64,000 bases of DNA from Amoebidium appalachense (GCA_963693365.1 CAVNZM010000008.1:5542310-5606309); one strand, 5' to 3'; positions 15,254-29,085 are shown, counted from the stretch's first letter. Made by a program: numbers and translations. Notes: generated from the letters alone by a model not told the origin.

Positions 15254-17680
15254 TTACACCGGATTCTTCGCTTTCTTATACGCAGATATTGCCTCTACGG
15301 ACTTCTGTAGGATTCCAGCATTGTCCGCTTCTCCCACTACCCCCATTGGAACCCCCTCAAATTTCTGCGTGGGGTCTGAAAATGCGGCTATACTCTGGCC
15401 ACTAACCCCGGGGTAGTTGGGGTTTCCTAGATCGCAACTATACGCCATAACAGTTTCAAACTGAATCGGCGCGCTAGAATTACACACCCTAAACCCGTGG
15501 TTTTTACCCGTTTTTTTGTTGGGATCGGTCTCCTGATCTACGTCGTGCCTTAATCCCAAATTGTGCCCCAACTCATGGAAGGAAGTATCGCCGTCCAAAC
15601 AATCAACGTCTATAGTAGAATACGCCCAGTTAGCCACATACCGAGAGTAGTTTCCGATCACCCCGACCCCGCACGCCCCCTTCGGCTCCGGTTCAAGCAT
15701 GATCAACTGAACGTAATCGGCGCGATGGAGATCCCGAATTTTCGAGACGTTTGCGAACACGCCCTGGTTTTTGCGCAACTGTACCTGCACGGCGTTTATG
15801 TGCGTTCCGTTTTCGATGAAATTTATTTGCTCCAAGTGCACCTGACGAAACGCCGCCGGTACTTTCGCGTCCTTTAACGCTTTGTTTCCGCGTGAAACCG
15901 CGTCCCTAATCGTTGCGTTTAGAGAAGATACGCTCCCAGCGCGAGCCAGAGCAGCGGGCGTGTACAGAAACATAACATCGATTATGAAATTCCCGTTTGC
16001 GCCCAGCGTCGCGTTGCTATTCGTGGCATTGCTCGTAGAGTTTTGGGCGGTTGGGTTGGTGGTGTTGGTTTGCCCCTGCTTGCTCTCCGTCTGCGACCGT
16101 GCGTTTTCCGTTTTTTCGCCTACGAATTCACGGGATTTTGAAGCTGGCACACTCTCTGGATCCGTATTTCCACTTTCTACTTCCGTATTTTCGTCGTCTT
16201 CTGCCTCCAGATCCTCCCAATCCTCGCTATCGTCTGTTTGGTTTGCTACGGTTTTCCTCGCGGATTTCATCGTAACCGTCATCGTGTCGTTTTCCGAGTT
16301 TCCGGTAATGAGGAGTAGCACGTTCTGCATTTTCCGGAAAAACTGAATCCGTATATACAAACTTCCGTCCTGGTCCTTCGTGATGGTCACGGTTTGGTAG
16401 GTGTGCCCATCTACATGCCCATTCCAAACGAGCCCATCATCGGGTGAATCAACATCGTCTTTCACAGCCACCACGCTGAAAACACCGGGAATTACCTCCA
16501 AATAAACCTTAGGCTGTGGGGCGTCATCGTCATCGCTCGTCGAATTTCCGGAAAAAAGTTCGTCCAAAGCTGTGCGGTTCAAGAGCAAAGATCCCAACCG
16601 GTGACGTCCTTCGGTTAACCTCCCGTCCGCAGAAACCGTCGCATTTTCGTCTTCAAAGTCATCGTCCCAGCTAAGAATTTCTCCCGGATTCCTCTTGCCA
16701 CCCGCCACACTCCCATTGTTTTCGCTAATGTCAGTTCCCGTCTGGGCGTTTTCCCTTTCCAACCCTTTGTTTTCCGTTTCATCGTCGTTCTTGCTCCCTC
16801 CCTCTCCTGACCGCCCCTCGTAACCCTCCCTCTCGTCTTCCTCGGCGTCCCAACCCCATTCACTCCGCGCTCTTCCAAACTCAACATCGTCCGAATCTCG
16901 CCATTCTCCTTCGGAGACTTCGAAGTCACGGGGCTCGCCACCATAAATCCTCTGTCCGTTTTTACTTTCCGGCCTTCCGTAATATCCCTCCTCCTCCTCT
17001 TCCTCCTCATCGTCCAAAAACCCTTCTTCGCCTTCAGAATCTCCCCCTACATCACCAAATACCATGTCCTCAAACTGTTCCCTATCTTCGTTTTCCCATT
17101 CCATTTTCCGGTATTTTGCACCATCATAGGCCCGGGCTGCTAGATAGCTGGCGCGATCCCATTGAGCGCCTCTTCCCTTCCTCTCGTGGGTTCTCTCCCT
17201 TGTGGTTTGTGTCGTTTGTGTGGTTTGTGTCTCGCGCAAAAGCAGATTGAGACAGTACTCATTCTCATCACACGTCATGTTAGATAGCTCCCCACTCATA
17301 ACAAGAGCCAATGCTACTGCATTCAGGCTGTTATTATTTTGGCTCGCCCTGGTTTCGGAGGATGCTGTCTTAGAAGAAAAAAGGGAGTCATCGTCTTTGT
17401 GTGTATTTTCATGTTCAAGGACCACTTGTCGTTCAGGTTGTAGGGTTTGTTCTTCATCTTCAAGCGCTGGTGTTGGTATGTTGTGTGGATGTGTTCTGTG
17501 GTGGTGGTGTGCGTGTGCGTGTGTATTACGTTGGTGTGTGCTGTGTGTGCGGTGGTGGGTGGGTGGGTGGTGTGGCGCAGCGTGGGTGCTTGCAATGAAA
17601 CACAAAGCGAGAATGAGAAGGGTCACCGTGGCTGCGATGGGTGAAATACCCCGCAGTCCGCATTTTGACCGAATCCTCAT
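15254..17680 (-). CDS. Secreted metzincin Zn-metalloprotease, bacterial-type reprolysin-like (M12B-like / peptidyl-Asp M72-like)
   Basis: Intronless ORF with likely ATG at 17680 and a hydrophobic signal (AATVTLLILALCFIASTHA), followed by His-rich and acidic linkers. The catalytic domain shows IDVMFLYTPAA, RDLHRADYV, HELGHNLGLRH (HExxHxxGxxH), a Met-turn TVMAY and FSDP...G..ADNA. Confidence 0.9.
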   Translation of the reverse strand: MRIRSKCGLRGISPIAATVTLLILALCFIASTHAAPHHPPTHHRTHSTHQRNTHAHAHHHHRTHPHNIPTPALEDEEQTLQPERQVVLEHENTHKDDDSLFSSKTASSETRASQNNNSLNAVALALVMSGELSNMTCDENEYCLNLLLRETQTTQTTQTTRERTHERKGRGAQWDRASYLAARAYDGAKYRKMEWENEDREQFEDMVFGDVGGDSEGEEGFLDDEEEEEEEGYYGRPESKNGQRIYGGEPRDFEVSEGEWRDSDDVEFGRARSEWGWDAEEDEREGYEGRSGEGGSKNDDETENKGLERENAQTGTDISENNGSVAGGKRNPGEILSWDDDFEDENATVSADGRLTEGRHRLGSLLLNRTALDELFSGNSTSDDDDAPQPKVYLEVIPGVFSVVAVKDDVDSPDDGLVWNGHVDGHTYQTVTITKDQDGSLYIRIQFFRKMQNVLLLITGNSENDTMTVTMKSARKTVANQTDDSEDWEDLEAEDDENTEVESGNTDPESVPASKSREFVGEKTENARSQTESKQGQTNTTNPTAQNSTSNATNSNATLGANGNFIIDVMFLYTPAALARAGSVSSLNATIRDAVSRGNKALKDAKVPAAFRQVHLEQINFIENGTHINAVQVQLRKNQGVFANVSKIRDLHRADYVQLIMLEPEPKGACGVGVIGNYSRYVANWAYSTIDVDCLDGDTSFHELGHNLGLRHDVDQETDPNKKTGKNHGFRVCNSSAPIQFETVMAYSCDLGNPNYPGVSGQSIAAFSDPTQKFEGVPMGVVGEADNAGILQKSVEAISAYKKAKNPV

Positions 17681-17896
17681 TTTTAGAACATGTGTATGTC
17701 TATTTCGACGAGCGCCAAAGCAAACCTGACTATTACACTGCAAAAGCACAAACAACAAGAAGAAGAGTGATGTTTTGTTTGTTTTGATTCACGTGTTCGT
17801 CTGTTTTGTTTCAGCCGTTACCAAAAAAATCGGAATTTCCGATATTTGAAAACACGGTTCCGAAAATCGTCCCGGCCGAATCGGAACGCCCGAGAG

Positions 17897-17931
<35 letters not shown>

Positions 17932-17937
17932 CCCCCC

Positions 17938-17971
<34 letters not shown>

Positions 17972-18863
17972 CCCCCCCTCCCCCCCCCCCCCCCCCCGCC
18001 CCCGGGGGGGGAAGCTTCTCATGACTTCGCAGGTCTCATCATACACGGGGCATACACCACCCACACAAGCTGCACACGTACGTACGTGTCCTCCTGTCCC
18101 TACTAGAATGTTCAATGGCAGACCCTGACTACAGCGCCAGCCTAGCACATGTACATGTTGTCACACCAAACACTTTTATGCACACACCCACGCGCGCACA
18201 CACACACACACAGACAGACACACACACACACATTCACACACACACAGCCGTGACACCACATATGCATCATAGCCATGCATATGCATGGCCACATGAAATA
18301 CAAATGCGCATATATGCCTGCGCATGTATATATAGGCCGGCCTCCACTTCAAAACTTCCCCTCCCAGAAATCGAACCCTATTCCCCCCTCCTCCGCTGCC
18401 CACCGTTCCCTCCACCAGTGCTGCCCCTCCTTCTCCCCCCCACCGCCGCTCCGGCCCTCATCCCCCCCCCCCTCCCCCCCCCCCCCCCCCCTCAGGCGGA
18501 CCCCTCCCCCCCCCCACTATTCCTGCCCCCCCCCCCCCCCCCCCCCCTTCCCCCCCGGAAGGCCTAAACATGGAATGGATCTAGATGCTCAGAGTCTACG
18601 GCCACCAGGTGCAGGTGCCACGTGTATCACGATCAGTGGCACGCGTCTTAAATGGCAGGCAATACACACACTGTGCACCACTGTGTTCCGTTCAAAGACA
18701 CACCGTGGCACATACATACACAGCCGTGACACCACACGTGACCTAGGCTAGTACACGTACACAGGCACATACTACTCTCAGATCATGATAACTGTATTAC
18801 AAACGTGCACATGCATCCACCCTGTACAATCACATGCTATGCACCCACCCACACACACGCACA

Positions 18864-18904
<41 letters not shown>

Positions 18905-19437
18905 ACACTGCACACACACACCATGTACACGGCGCACGCACACACACCCCGTGGCACGCGCACACACACACACAAACACACACACACACACAAGAAACCG
19001 TTGGTACAAACACCCACACCCACACTGGCATGTACACACACATACACAGACACACACATCATGTGTACACCCTGCATACATACACACCACACTGCACACA
19101 CTACAACACACATACATACACACACTGTACATATATACACACACACCATAACCGTTGACACAAAACACACACACACATGCACACAATGTCATGCACACAC
19201 ACACACACAAACACACACACATACACACACACACACGTGCACATGTGCACACCATGCACACAACATAGACACACACGGCGATTACCGCTGACACAAATAC
19301 ACACACCCACACCTGTACACATACACACAGACACACACACCGTGCATACATACCCACCACACACACACACACACACAATTGCAAAGAAAAATACTCACAC
19401 ACACACAAACACAAACACAACCACCCAACGTGATTTT

Positions 19438-19468
<31 letters not shown>

Positions 19469-19537
19469 AGATCTCCCCCCCCCCAAACATTCGATTTCTG
19501 CCTGAGCTTCCCATGTTGCTGCCTCAACTCACTCACT

Positions 19538-19568
<31 letters not shown>

Positions 19569-19672
19569 CCCCCCCCTCCCTCCCTCCCCTCCCCTCCCCC
19601 AGAATTTTTAAATAAAAACAAGGGACACTACTTGACGGTTACTAGGTGCTGGTGTGTTGTCAGAGATCCAAT

Positions 19673-20651
19673 TTATTTGAAAGGGTTGGCAATATACACA
19701 TTGTGCACCCTGTTCCAGTCAAAAGCCAGGAAATCTGCCAGAGCCTTCTTTGGGGCTGCTGCCTCGGCCACCTGGGCCTTTTCCAGCTGCTCCTTGGCCC
19801 ATTCTACAGTCAACCCTTTCAGTTTGCCCTCTTTAACATATTTCTTAGCCATTTCTTTCTGAAACTTAAGCTCAGCTTTCACGTGCTTCACATCTGCCTC
19901 TATATCCGGCCCATTCATGTCTGTCATGAGCTGATTGTGCACTGTCTGTGTTGTCATACGTGCTTTGAAAGAAGTCTTAATGATATTCACACCAGAGAAG
20001 CCACGTTCACTTGTTGCATTACTAATTGGGATTATTCTCACAATGTCAACCAACTCAAGTACAGCAGCACGATATGATTGCCGGCAAAGTTTCTATCTTA
20101 CAGAGATCGGCCCATGCCTCGTTCAGATACCTATATTCAACAGGTACATCATTTTACTTTAACCTCAAGGAGATGCCGGTGCTCAAAGATAATTTGTTTG
20201 GCACGTGGCCACTGATCTATCACATCTTCGGCGGCAAGTGGGGGTATATGATTCGTTCCGCCCACTGTTTTAACAGACCCATAGAACTCAGCGAGCACTC
20301 TAATCTTGTCGTCTCCGTATGCTTCGAGACTGCTTTTGGTAATGGGGAACTTCGATGGAACAAACACGTCCATAGCCTCAGTGCACTCGTCCGAGGGGAA
20401 TCGGCTTTGCAAGTTATCAATGAGTGCTTGCACGTATTTGTACATGTGATCCGAGACAACCGAGTAAACATCCTGCATCGTTTGCACGGGAGGTATGTGA
20501 ATCGGGTGTTCTTTCTACACTACTTTGTTTTGGCAAATGGTAGCCTTGCAAAACGTCATAAGGTTGGCACCCCCCTCCGTTCCGTATGTGGTATTGCGAC
20601 CAAAATACTGTTCTTCGAGCTTCAAATAAAAGAAAATGCGTGCACGTGCAC
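19673..20651 (-). pseudogene. Decayed hAT-superfamily transposase, C-terminal part with dimerisation domain (ZNF862/Tip100-like)
   Basis: ORF 20149-20487 has LIDNLQSRFP...YGDDKIRVLAEFY. ORF 19673-20053 has IPISNATSERGFSGVNIIKT..KARM, the Dimer_Tnp_hAT-type motif. The coding sequence is split by frameshifts. TIRs were not found. Confidence 0.82.
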
Positions 20652-21617
20652 TGGGAAGAAATAAGGCCACGGACATGGTGACACACACAGGAACTAGATA
20701 CATATGCACACATATTATATATCCTCATATACACTGGCACTGCCGCACATATGTGTAAGAGGACGTGACCGTACGTATATACGTAGACAAAGTGTATATA
20801 TATATCATATGATTGTGCATTAATGGACTTCATATTTCCCTGTTATTCCTTCAAAGCTTCAACTGCCAACACCAGGAAGGCCTCTAATTGTACACTAATA
20901 ACCACAGGGGTTTTTGAGTATGCATTATAATTGCATCTAGATGCAATATAGGCACAAATAAGCATGCCCTAGTTTACTGATGCGTGACAATACGATTTTT
21001 GGTGGGCCTGCTCCGAAGGAGCATTCCGATTTTCAAAGAGGTTTTCCGAAACGGGATTTCGACTTCCGTTAATGGGCTCCACCGTCCTTCGAACCCTGGT
21101 TTCAGCCTCTCTGCGAGCGCGCGCATCATAAAACAGCGCGCCAATTTTATCCCTTGGTATGCGAGGAATTTCTACTCATGCAAATTGGCCACGTCTAACT
21201 GTAACGGCCGTAGTGCGTGACACGTGTGTGTTGTGTGTGTGCCAACGTGCACATGTGTACGTGCCAGTGTTGTTGCCGTGACAGTGCTTGCAAATCGTGT
21301 GGGCCACAACGGTTGTGTGCATGTATGCTCGGAGATAGATCCAGACTGGGACAAGAGGGGGGGGGGGGGGGAGGGGGAGAGCCGGGCGGGACCACTGCCG
21401 CCTAAGGTGACCGTTCGTGCCATGGCACGATCAACGGTTCAGACTTTCAAGAAACAGCATGTGCACGTAGACTCTTCTGTTATTGCGTGTGTATCTTCAA
21501 TGAGTAACATAAAAAGTTGACTTTGCAGCTTACATACATGCATCAGCTTGCTCGACAAATCTGTGCTACTAGTGGTACGAGGCTCACTGCCTGGCATGTG
21601 TGATTATTATGTAGCCA

Positions 21618-21654
<37 letters not shown>

Positions 21655-22112
21655 TTTCACCCTTACAGCACACACACACACACACGCAGGGAGGAAAGCC
21701 TTGAATAAGACACACGGAGATCCCTTCCCTCCTTCCCCCCTCCCCCCGCCCATCCCTCCCCTCCTCAAAAAAAGAGAAAACACGATGGTTGGGCACACAA
21801 AGACTAAAAGAAACGAACACACATGGGTTAATTGTCGCAAACACACACACACACACACAGACACAGTGTCACACACACACACACGCACAGACACACACAC
21901 CTCACGTACTGATGATACTTACACACTTTAAACCACCAAACAATCATATTATTTTCATCACGAACATCTAATTAGCCTATCTAGCAACATTACCTCAGAT
22001 ACCAATAGGTCCAGTTTAATCATATGGTTCTATCTACCAATCTAACTAAGCCATTAAATATTGAAAGAGATAAAAACTTAAATCCTCAACCACCCGGTCT
22101 TGCAGCCAAAAC

Positions 22113-22186
22113 TCAGCACTTATTAGGAGCAGCCAGGTTGTCCGTGACGTATGGGTCCACACATCCAGTTTGCTGTGTGTGTGTGT

Positions 22187-22217
<31 letters not shown>

Positions 22218-22228
22218 GGGGGGGGGGG

Positions 22229-22273
<45 letters not shown>

Positions 22274-22412
22274 GGAGGGAGAGGGAGAGAGAGAAGAAGG
22301 GAGAGGGAGGGTGGGGGATGGGGGGAGGGGGAAGGAAGGTACAATATGTCAGCATTCCGGAGAGCAACGGGATGTCATGTATCCGCAGACGCATCACAAC
22401 ATGTGGTTGTGT

Positions 22413-22452
<40 letters not shown>

Positions 22453-23407
22453 CGCGCGTGTGCGTGCGCACGTGTGTTGTGTGTGCGTGCGCGATGCCTA
22501 CGGGACAGAAAGACACAAACAAACAAACAAAAAAAAAAAGACTTCAAAATCAAAACACACACAAAACATAGGAGTCTAACACTCACCCCATCCGGGCAGA
22601 AATCCCCGCACGTCTTGTCCTTTGAGCTCCACACACACCCAGTAGTAAAGCAATTCTTACAGTCCTTGTACGTGTTGCAGGGCTGGAGGTCGCTGGCAGC
22701 GCCAACCGGAGCCGTACCACTTCCGCCCGCTACTACTGTTGGGTGGGAAATAATGGCGTGTCAGGGATGCACGTTTTTTTTTTTTTGTGGGGGGGGGGGG
22801 GGGGGGTTTGAATGCGTCAAAAAGTACGAAGTACACAAGAACAAACGGATAACACGATGCAGAATGCAAGCCATACATAAAGAGTATGCATAATAAGCAG
22901 AGCCCATCCTCAGGGGGGGCCCACGTCATCCACAGTACCCGAGTTTCGACCTGTTCCCCTCGTTAACGAAACCCAACTCAGATACTGTTTCACTTGAACA
23001 TGAGTAGGTCACCCGTCTTGATCAGAGACGAGCAGGGTTGCTTATGCAGGCAAGGGCAGTGGGAAAGGCCGGGGGTTAAAGTTGCAGCAGTAAGCAGAAG
23101 CAAGAAAAATATAGATAGGAACTCAGGAGACGGGGCTTCTAGGAAGCTCCCCCGTCGATACCTAAGTCGATACTTCCCTGGCTAACATACTACACCAGCT
23201 GAAAAGAATTAAGTCCCGAAGGCCGCATAATTCGTAATCAGAGGGGAAAATATGAGATTTGACCCACGCCGCAGGGTAGTAACACGCTTACTAGGGCGGA
23301 ACTTTATCGTCTTCGAACGGAAAGCTATGCCCCCGGATGTCAGCCGGAAATATGGTATCACCCATTGCTTTGGGCTTGAAAAAAGCCAAACCGATAGTCC
23401 GAGTTAT

Positions 23408-23477
<70 letters not shown>

Positions 23478-23733
23478 GGGCTGTGGCATACATGTGGCTA
23501 TTGTGTATGGGGTTGTTGTGTGCGAGGGGTGACATGTGAGTACTGCGTGTTCTGATAGAAGTCAACATGTGCACTCGTCTCTCCCCCCCCCCCCCCCCCC
23601 CCCACACACACACACAAACACAAACACACACCTGCCCCCGCCTCCTCCCCCAGAGTAAACACACACACGCGCACACACGCAGACACACACACCAGGGGGG
23701 GGGAGGGGGAAGAGAGAGAGAGAGAGATAGAGC

Positions 23734-23783
<50 letters not shown>

Positions 23784-23951
23784 TGTGTGTGTGTGTGTGT
23801 GACAGACACACTTTGCGACGGATTGGTTTCTTGTGAAGTATGTAGGTATGAGAGATACCTCAGAGCATCTCCGAAATGCATCCATCGACATACCGTGTGT
23901 GTGTGTGTGTGTGTGTGTGAGTGTGTGCGCGCATGTGTGTCTGTGTCTGTG

Positions 23952-24013
<62 letters not shown>

Positions 24014-24488
24014 TGTCTGTGTGTCTCTCTGTGTGTGCACGTGTTCCTGTGCCCTTGTGCACTCTTACCATTCGGAGCCGGTACTCCGCCCACGGGGGCG
24101 CTCCCTGTCGGAGGAGGCACCCCCGCTGGCTGCTTGGCCGCCGGGGTAACCGGATTGGAAATCTGAACGTTTTTATTGGCCGCTTGGGGAGCCGTTGCCG
24201 GGAACGACACCGGGGGCTGAGCTGCAGGTCGCTGCACGTTGTATTGTAACACCGGCTGTTGGACCTTTTGATTGGATGGTACGACCGGCGACTGGACGTT
24301 TTGTTTGGATGGTACAACCGGCGATTGAACGTTTTGAACGTTTTGATTGGGCTGTGAGACCGGCTGTTGGACGTTCTGATTGGATTGTATCCCGGGCTTT
24401 TGGGAGTTCTGATTGGATGGTCCTGGTTGGACGACTTCGCTTGAAGGGGCGGTGGCACAGGCGGGGGCGGTTTTGATGCAGTATTCGT

Positions 24489-24577
<89 letters not shown>

Positions 24578-25310
24578 AAAGGGAAAACGTGTCAGTTACG
24601 ACGTGGACTTTACAGGCCTTTCATGCTGGAGAGGAAGGTGGTGGGATAGGGAGGGTGTGGGTGTGTGTGGTGCGTGGAGCAAAACGAACAAAAGGAACAC
24701 AAAAAGGAACCAAAAACAAAAACGGCAAAAAAAGAAAGAAAGAAAGAAAAGACCAAAAACACCAGGAATTTCATGGTGTACGTTTGCAGATCATTACACA
24801 CTTTAGATCAGCCAGTATTAGTGCTGGCGGGCACGGGGGGGGACGGGGGGGGGGGGGGGGGGGGGGGGGTTGAATGCGGAACACGGTACGAAGTACATAT
24901 ACACGACGAGAAGCATGGTGCAGGACACATGCAAAGGCAACCATTCAAGTATGCAACATCAGCCATGCTCACAGTATGCGCCATAAGCTCAGGGAGGGCC
25001 GGGTAGGGGGGGGGGGGGGGGGGGGGGGGGGGGGATTGTTTGCATGCAGCCGACTGTCAAGCGAGCGTGAAAGGAACTCAAGCGTACACACAGCAAGAAG
25101 AGAAAGAAAAGGGGCAAAAAAAAACAAACAAACACTAATGCTGCTGACAGAGAGGAATGCTCAAAAGGTTTCACTCGAAAGATCCCCAAACCATCCACTT
25201 TACGACACAGCCATCCCTCGTCCCCCCCCCCCCCCCCCCCTTATAATAATAATAAAAACGTGCCGCCCAATCACGCGGTCCGCATAACAGACCAAAAAAA
25301 AAAAGATGGC

Positions 25311-25347
<37 letters not shown>

Positions 25348-26449
25348 AACGAAAAAAAATACAAAAACCGAACGCACCTTGATGGCGCAAACCCCGGCAC
25401 ATTTCTTCTCCAGGTTGTCATACTCACACCCAGCGCCCGCGCAACTATTGCAATCTTTGAACACGGCGCACACGGCATCAGATAACTGTGCCTTGTTCCC
25501 CGCGTTCTGATTCGTCGCTGGCTGTTGCACCGGCAATCCGGCGATCTGATTGGTGGTTTGTTGCTGTGTACCCGGATTGATTGCCGGACTATTTACCGGA
25601 TTACTAACCGGATAATTGACCGGAGCCGGGGCGGGTACGGGAGCCGGCAAGGGGGGGCTGACAACTTGTTGCGGGTTTTGGGGATTTTGGTCGATCGGAG
25701 GCTGGTTTACGATTACGGGAGATGGAGATGGGGCCGGCTGCGGCGTCACAGGAACGGGCGCTGGCGTGGGGACAGGGGCGGATGAGGGAGAGGGAGGAGG
25801 GGAGACATCTTGGAAGGATGGGGAGGGGGAGGAGGCGGGGGCAGGGGGGGGAGGAGGAGAGGGAGAGGGGGGAGGAGAGGGGGTGGGAGTGGGTGTGGGG
25901 GTAAGGGTGACGGTGGAGTACGTGGTGGTGGTCTTTGGGCCGGCAGGGGTGGTGGTGGCTGGGGTGGGGGTCTGAATTTTCGCGGTGTTGGATTCCCCTG
26001 GGCATTTGTCCCTGTCGTTGGTGCATGACTTTCCGTCGATCTGATTGGTGGTGGTGGTGGTGGTGGTGGAAGGGGGGGGGGGGGGGGGGGGGGGGGAGGG
26101 GGGGGGGGTGGGGGGTGTTGTGTTAGTTTCTGGGATCGATGGTAAAATAACGGAGCGGGCTTGAGAACAAAATAGAGCAATGTGTGAATGTGTGAATGTG
26201 AGTGCGCGCGTGTGTGTCTGTGTCTGTGTTTGCGTGGGAGGGGATGGGGGGGTGATGTATGTGTTCGAGCGTCGGAAATATGGAGGAGACAACAAAGAGC
26301 TACAACAAAACGTCACAAAAGCAGGAAATCCAAAATCAAACAAATCAAGCATGCAGGCAGAAGACACTTGAACAGAGCCAATAGAGCCCATCATCAGGGG
26401 GGTTCCTATGCCTCCACAAAAGCATGGGTTTCGACTCTCTAACCTCACG

Positions 26450-26495
<46 letters not shown>

Positions 26496-26643
26496 CTTTC
26501 ATGTGTATGAGTGTGTGTGTGTGTGGGAGGTGGGGGAGGATTTTACTGTGCGTGTGTATATGTGTGTGGGAGGGGGCGGGGCGGGGAGTGGCGGGGAGGG
26601 GAGGGGGGGGGGGGGGGCAGCTTTTGCGCAGGCGCGCGCGCGC

Positions 26644-26674
<31 letters not shown>

Positions 26675-26713
26675 CGCGCGCGTGTATTCTTGTGCATGTC
26701 GTGGATGTGCCCT

Positions 26714-26744
<31 letters not shown>

Positions 26745-27054
26745 CCCTTCTCCCTAACTTGAAATACTACAGGCTCTTGTGCCTGAGAATACATATCAAT
26801 GAATCCATTAAATGAACAAGCAAGTCTTTGGAATTGTCAGCACACAACGGCACACGCACAAACACACACACACACGGGTATCCCAAACCACTTGCTGTAC
26901 ATACTACCGGCAATTTTTTTTTTAATCAATGATTTATCACCATAGCCTATTAAATTATTTATAAATCACTGCAACAACACTAATATAAATAAGCTAAACG
27001 CGTATATCTAAGCCTGCGTATACAAAAAAACATTGGCACGACACAAAAAACACG

Positions 27055-27085
<31 letters not shown>

Positions 27086-27272
27086 CTACCTTGCTGCACA
27101 TGGGGCGGCACTTTTTGGCCTTTGACACCCACGTGCAACCCACTCCGGCACATTCCGTACAGTTCTTTTGCTTTCCGCAGCGCATCTGCCCGTACTCGTT
27201 TTGTTCGAGCGCAAGCACCATCTTACCACACTGGCTGGCACGGCTGAGGCAGCCGTAGTTCTGTGTGTGTGT

Positions 27273-27339
<67 letters not shown>

Positions 27340-28067
27340 TCTGTGTGTGTGTGTGTGTGGGGGGGGGGGGGGATGGGGAGGATGGGTGTGTAAGGGAGGG
27401 GGAGGGTGTGTGTGTGTGTGTGTGTGTGTGTTTGGGGGGGGGGGGGGGGGGGGGAAGGGGGAGGACGTGATTGTTTGGGCGTGTGTGTGTACGTGTGTTT
27501 TGTGTGTGTGTGTGTTTGTGTATGTGTATCCAGATATGTGAGTGTCGAAGATACTGAATGGCGAGAAACGGCGTAGACAAGGTGAGAAAACAAACTAAGC
27601 ACCAAAGGCAAGTGAAACACATGCAGAATCCAGTTTCAGGAGGGGCGGGCGGGGGGGGGGGGGGGGGGGGGGGGGAGGGGGGGGGGGGGGAGGGGATTAG
27701 CGTGTTACAATGTACGAAGCACTATAGTAAACAATAACAACATATTGAGACTCTGGCATATAAGAGCAGACAAACGGATGGGGAGGGGGGGAAGGGGGGG
27801 GGGGAGGGAGGGAAAATGTGATAGAAGGCGGGAAGCACGGAGGCAAAACCACTGAAAACCAAAACGAAACAAGGCAAAGACAATGTATAAAACGAACACA
27901 GCTGTCCAGGCTAAGACACTCAGAAAGAGCTTATCAACTCTCCCTGTCTCCCCCCCCCCCCCCCCCTCCCTCCCTCCCCCCCCCTTCACAAGCACACACA
28001 CACACACAGCCCAGAAACGATGTTTCGGTTGAGGGTGGCGTGGGGTGGGGTGGCTTTTTTTTTTTTT

Positions 28068-28098
<31 letters not shown>

Positions 28099-28304
28099 GG
28101 AGGGGGAGGGGGGATGTTGTATGCATTGCAAAAGACAAACTAAAAACACAAAACGTGACAAAATACCAAAAACCAGAACCTTACGATTATATTCCCCCCC
28201 TTTCCCCTTTTGTTTTTGAAAAAAGGAATGCAAGTAAAACACTTCGCACTCTACTTAAGGACGCAAAGGTACACTGCCAGTAGCATCCATTATAGAGGGA
28301 GGGT

Positions 28305-28338
<34 letters not shown>

Positions 28339-29025
28339 AGCATGTTTACTTTAAAAGCTTTAAAATTAACGTTAAAACTTTTACTTACGGAGGCAAAGGT
28401 ACACTTTGCACGACACCGATCGTACTGCCAGTAGCAGCCAATGGAAAGGCAGTTCCCGCAGTCCTGCTCATTGTCGCACCGGTCCGGGTTCGACTTGTCC
28501 TTGCAGTCGGAGGACGTGGAACAGCAGAAAGTGGACTGTATGTGTGTCCGTGTACGTGTGTGTGCATGCACGTGTGTACGTGTGTGAAGGAATGGGTGTT
28601 GTGTTGTGTTGTGTTGTGTTATGTGTGTGTGTGCGTGTGCGTGTGCATGTGTGTGTATGTGCACAACTAGGCGGGCATGTACGTGTGTAGTCTGGTGTTT
28701 GGGGAAACCCCGGGGAGGGGAAGAGGGGTGTATGGGGAGGCGGATTGGTTAGGTACTTTTTTTTTTCTTTTTTTTTTTTTTTTTTTGGGGGGGGGGGGGG
28801 GGGGGTTAGCTGGAGTGCTTGTGGACACGTGTGTGTGTGGTTGTTGGTGTGTGCAGGTATTAGCGTGTGGGGCGGTGATGGTGATATCTATGATTGTATG
28901 TGTTTGAGTGTTAGAGCATTGTGTTTTTATTTCTGAGTGTCTGCCTGGGTAGACTGCACTGTAACACGTGTCAACGGCTTCTTGTGCCTCCCGTGCTCTG
29001 CCACGTCCGGGTGTGTTTACACCGT

Positions 29026-29085
<60 letters not shown>

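Noticed and set aside
20984-21600. Upstream extension of the hAT transposase (STDLSSK resembling DESTD)
   Set aside because: It is too degraded to support without an alignment.
23135-23406. GHSF-containing frame as a DIRS tyrosine recombinase
   Set aside because: The downstream GRW...Y motifs are absent and the frame closes quickly.
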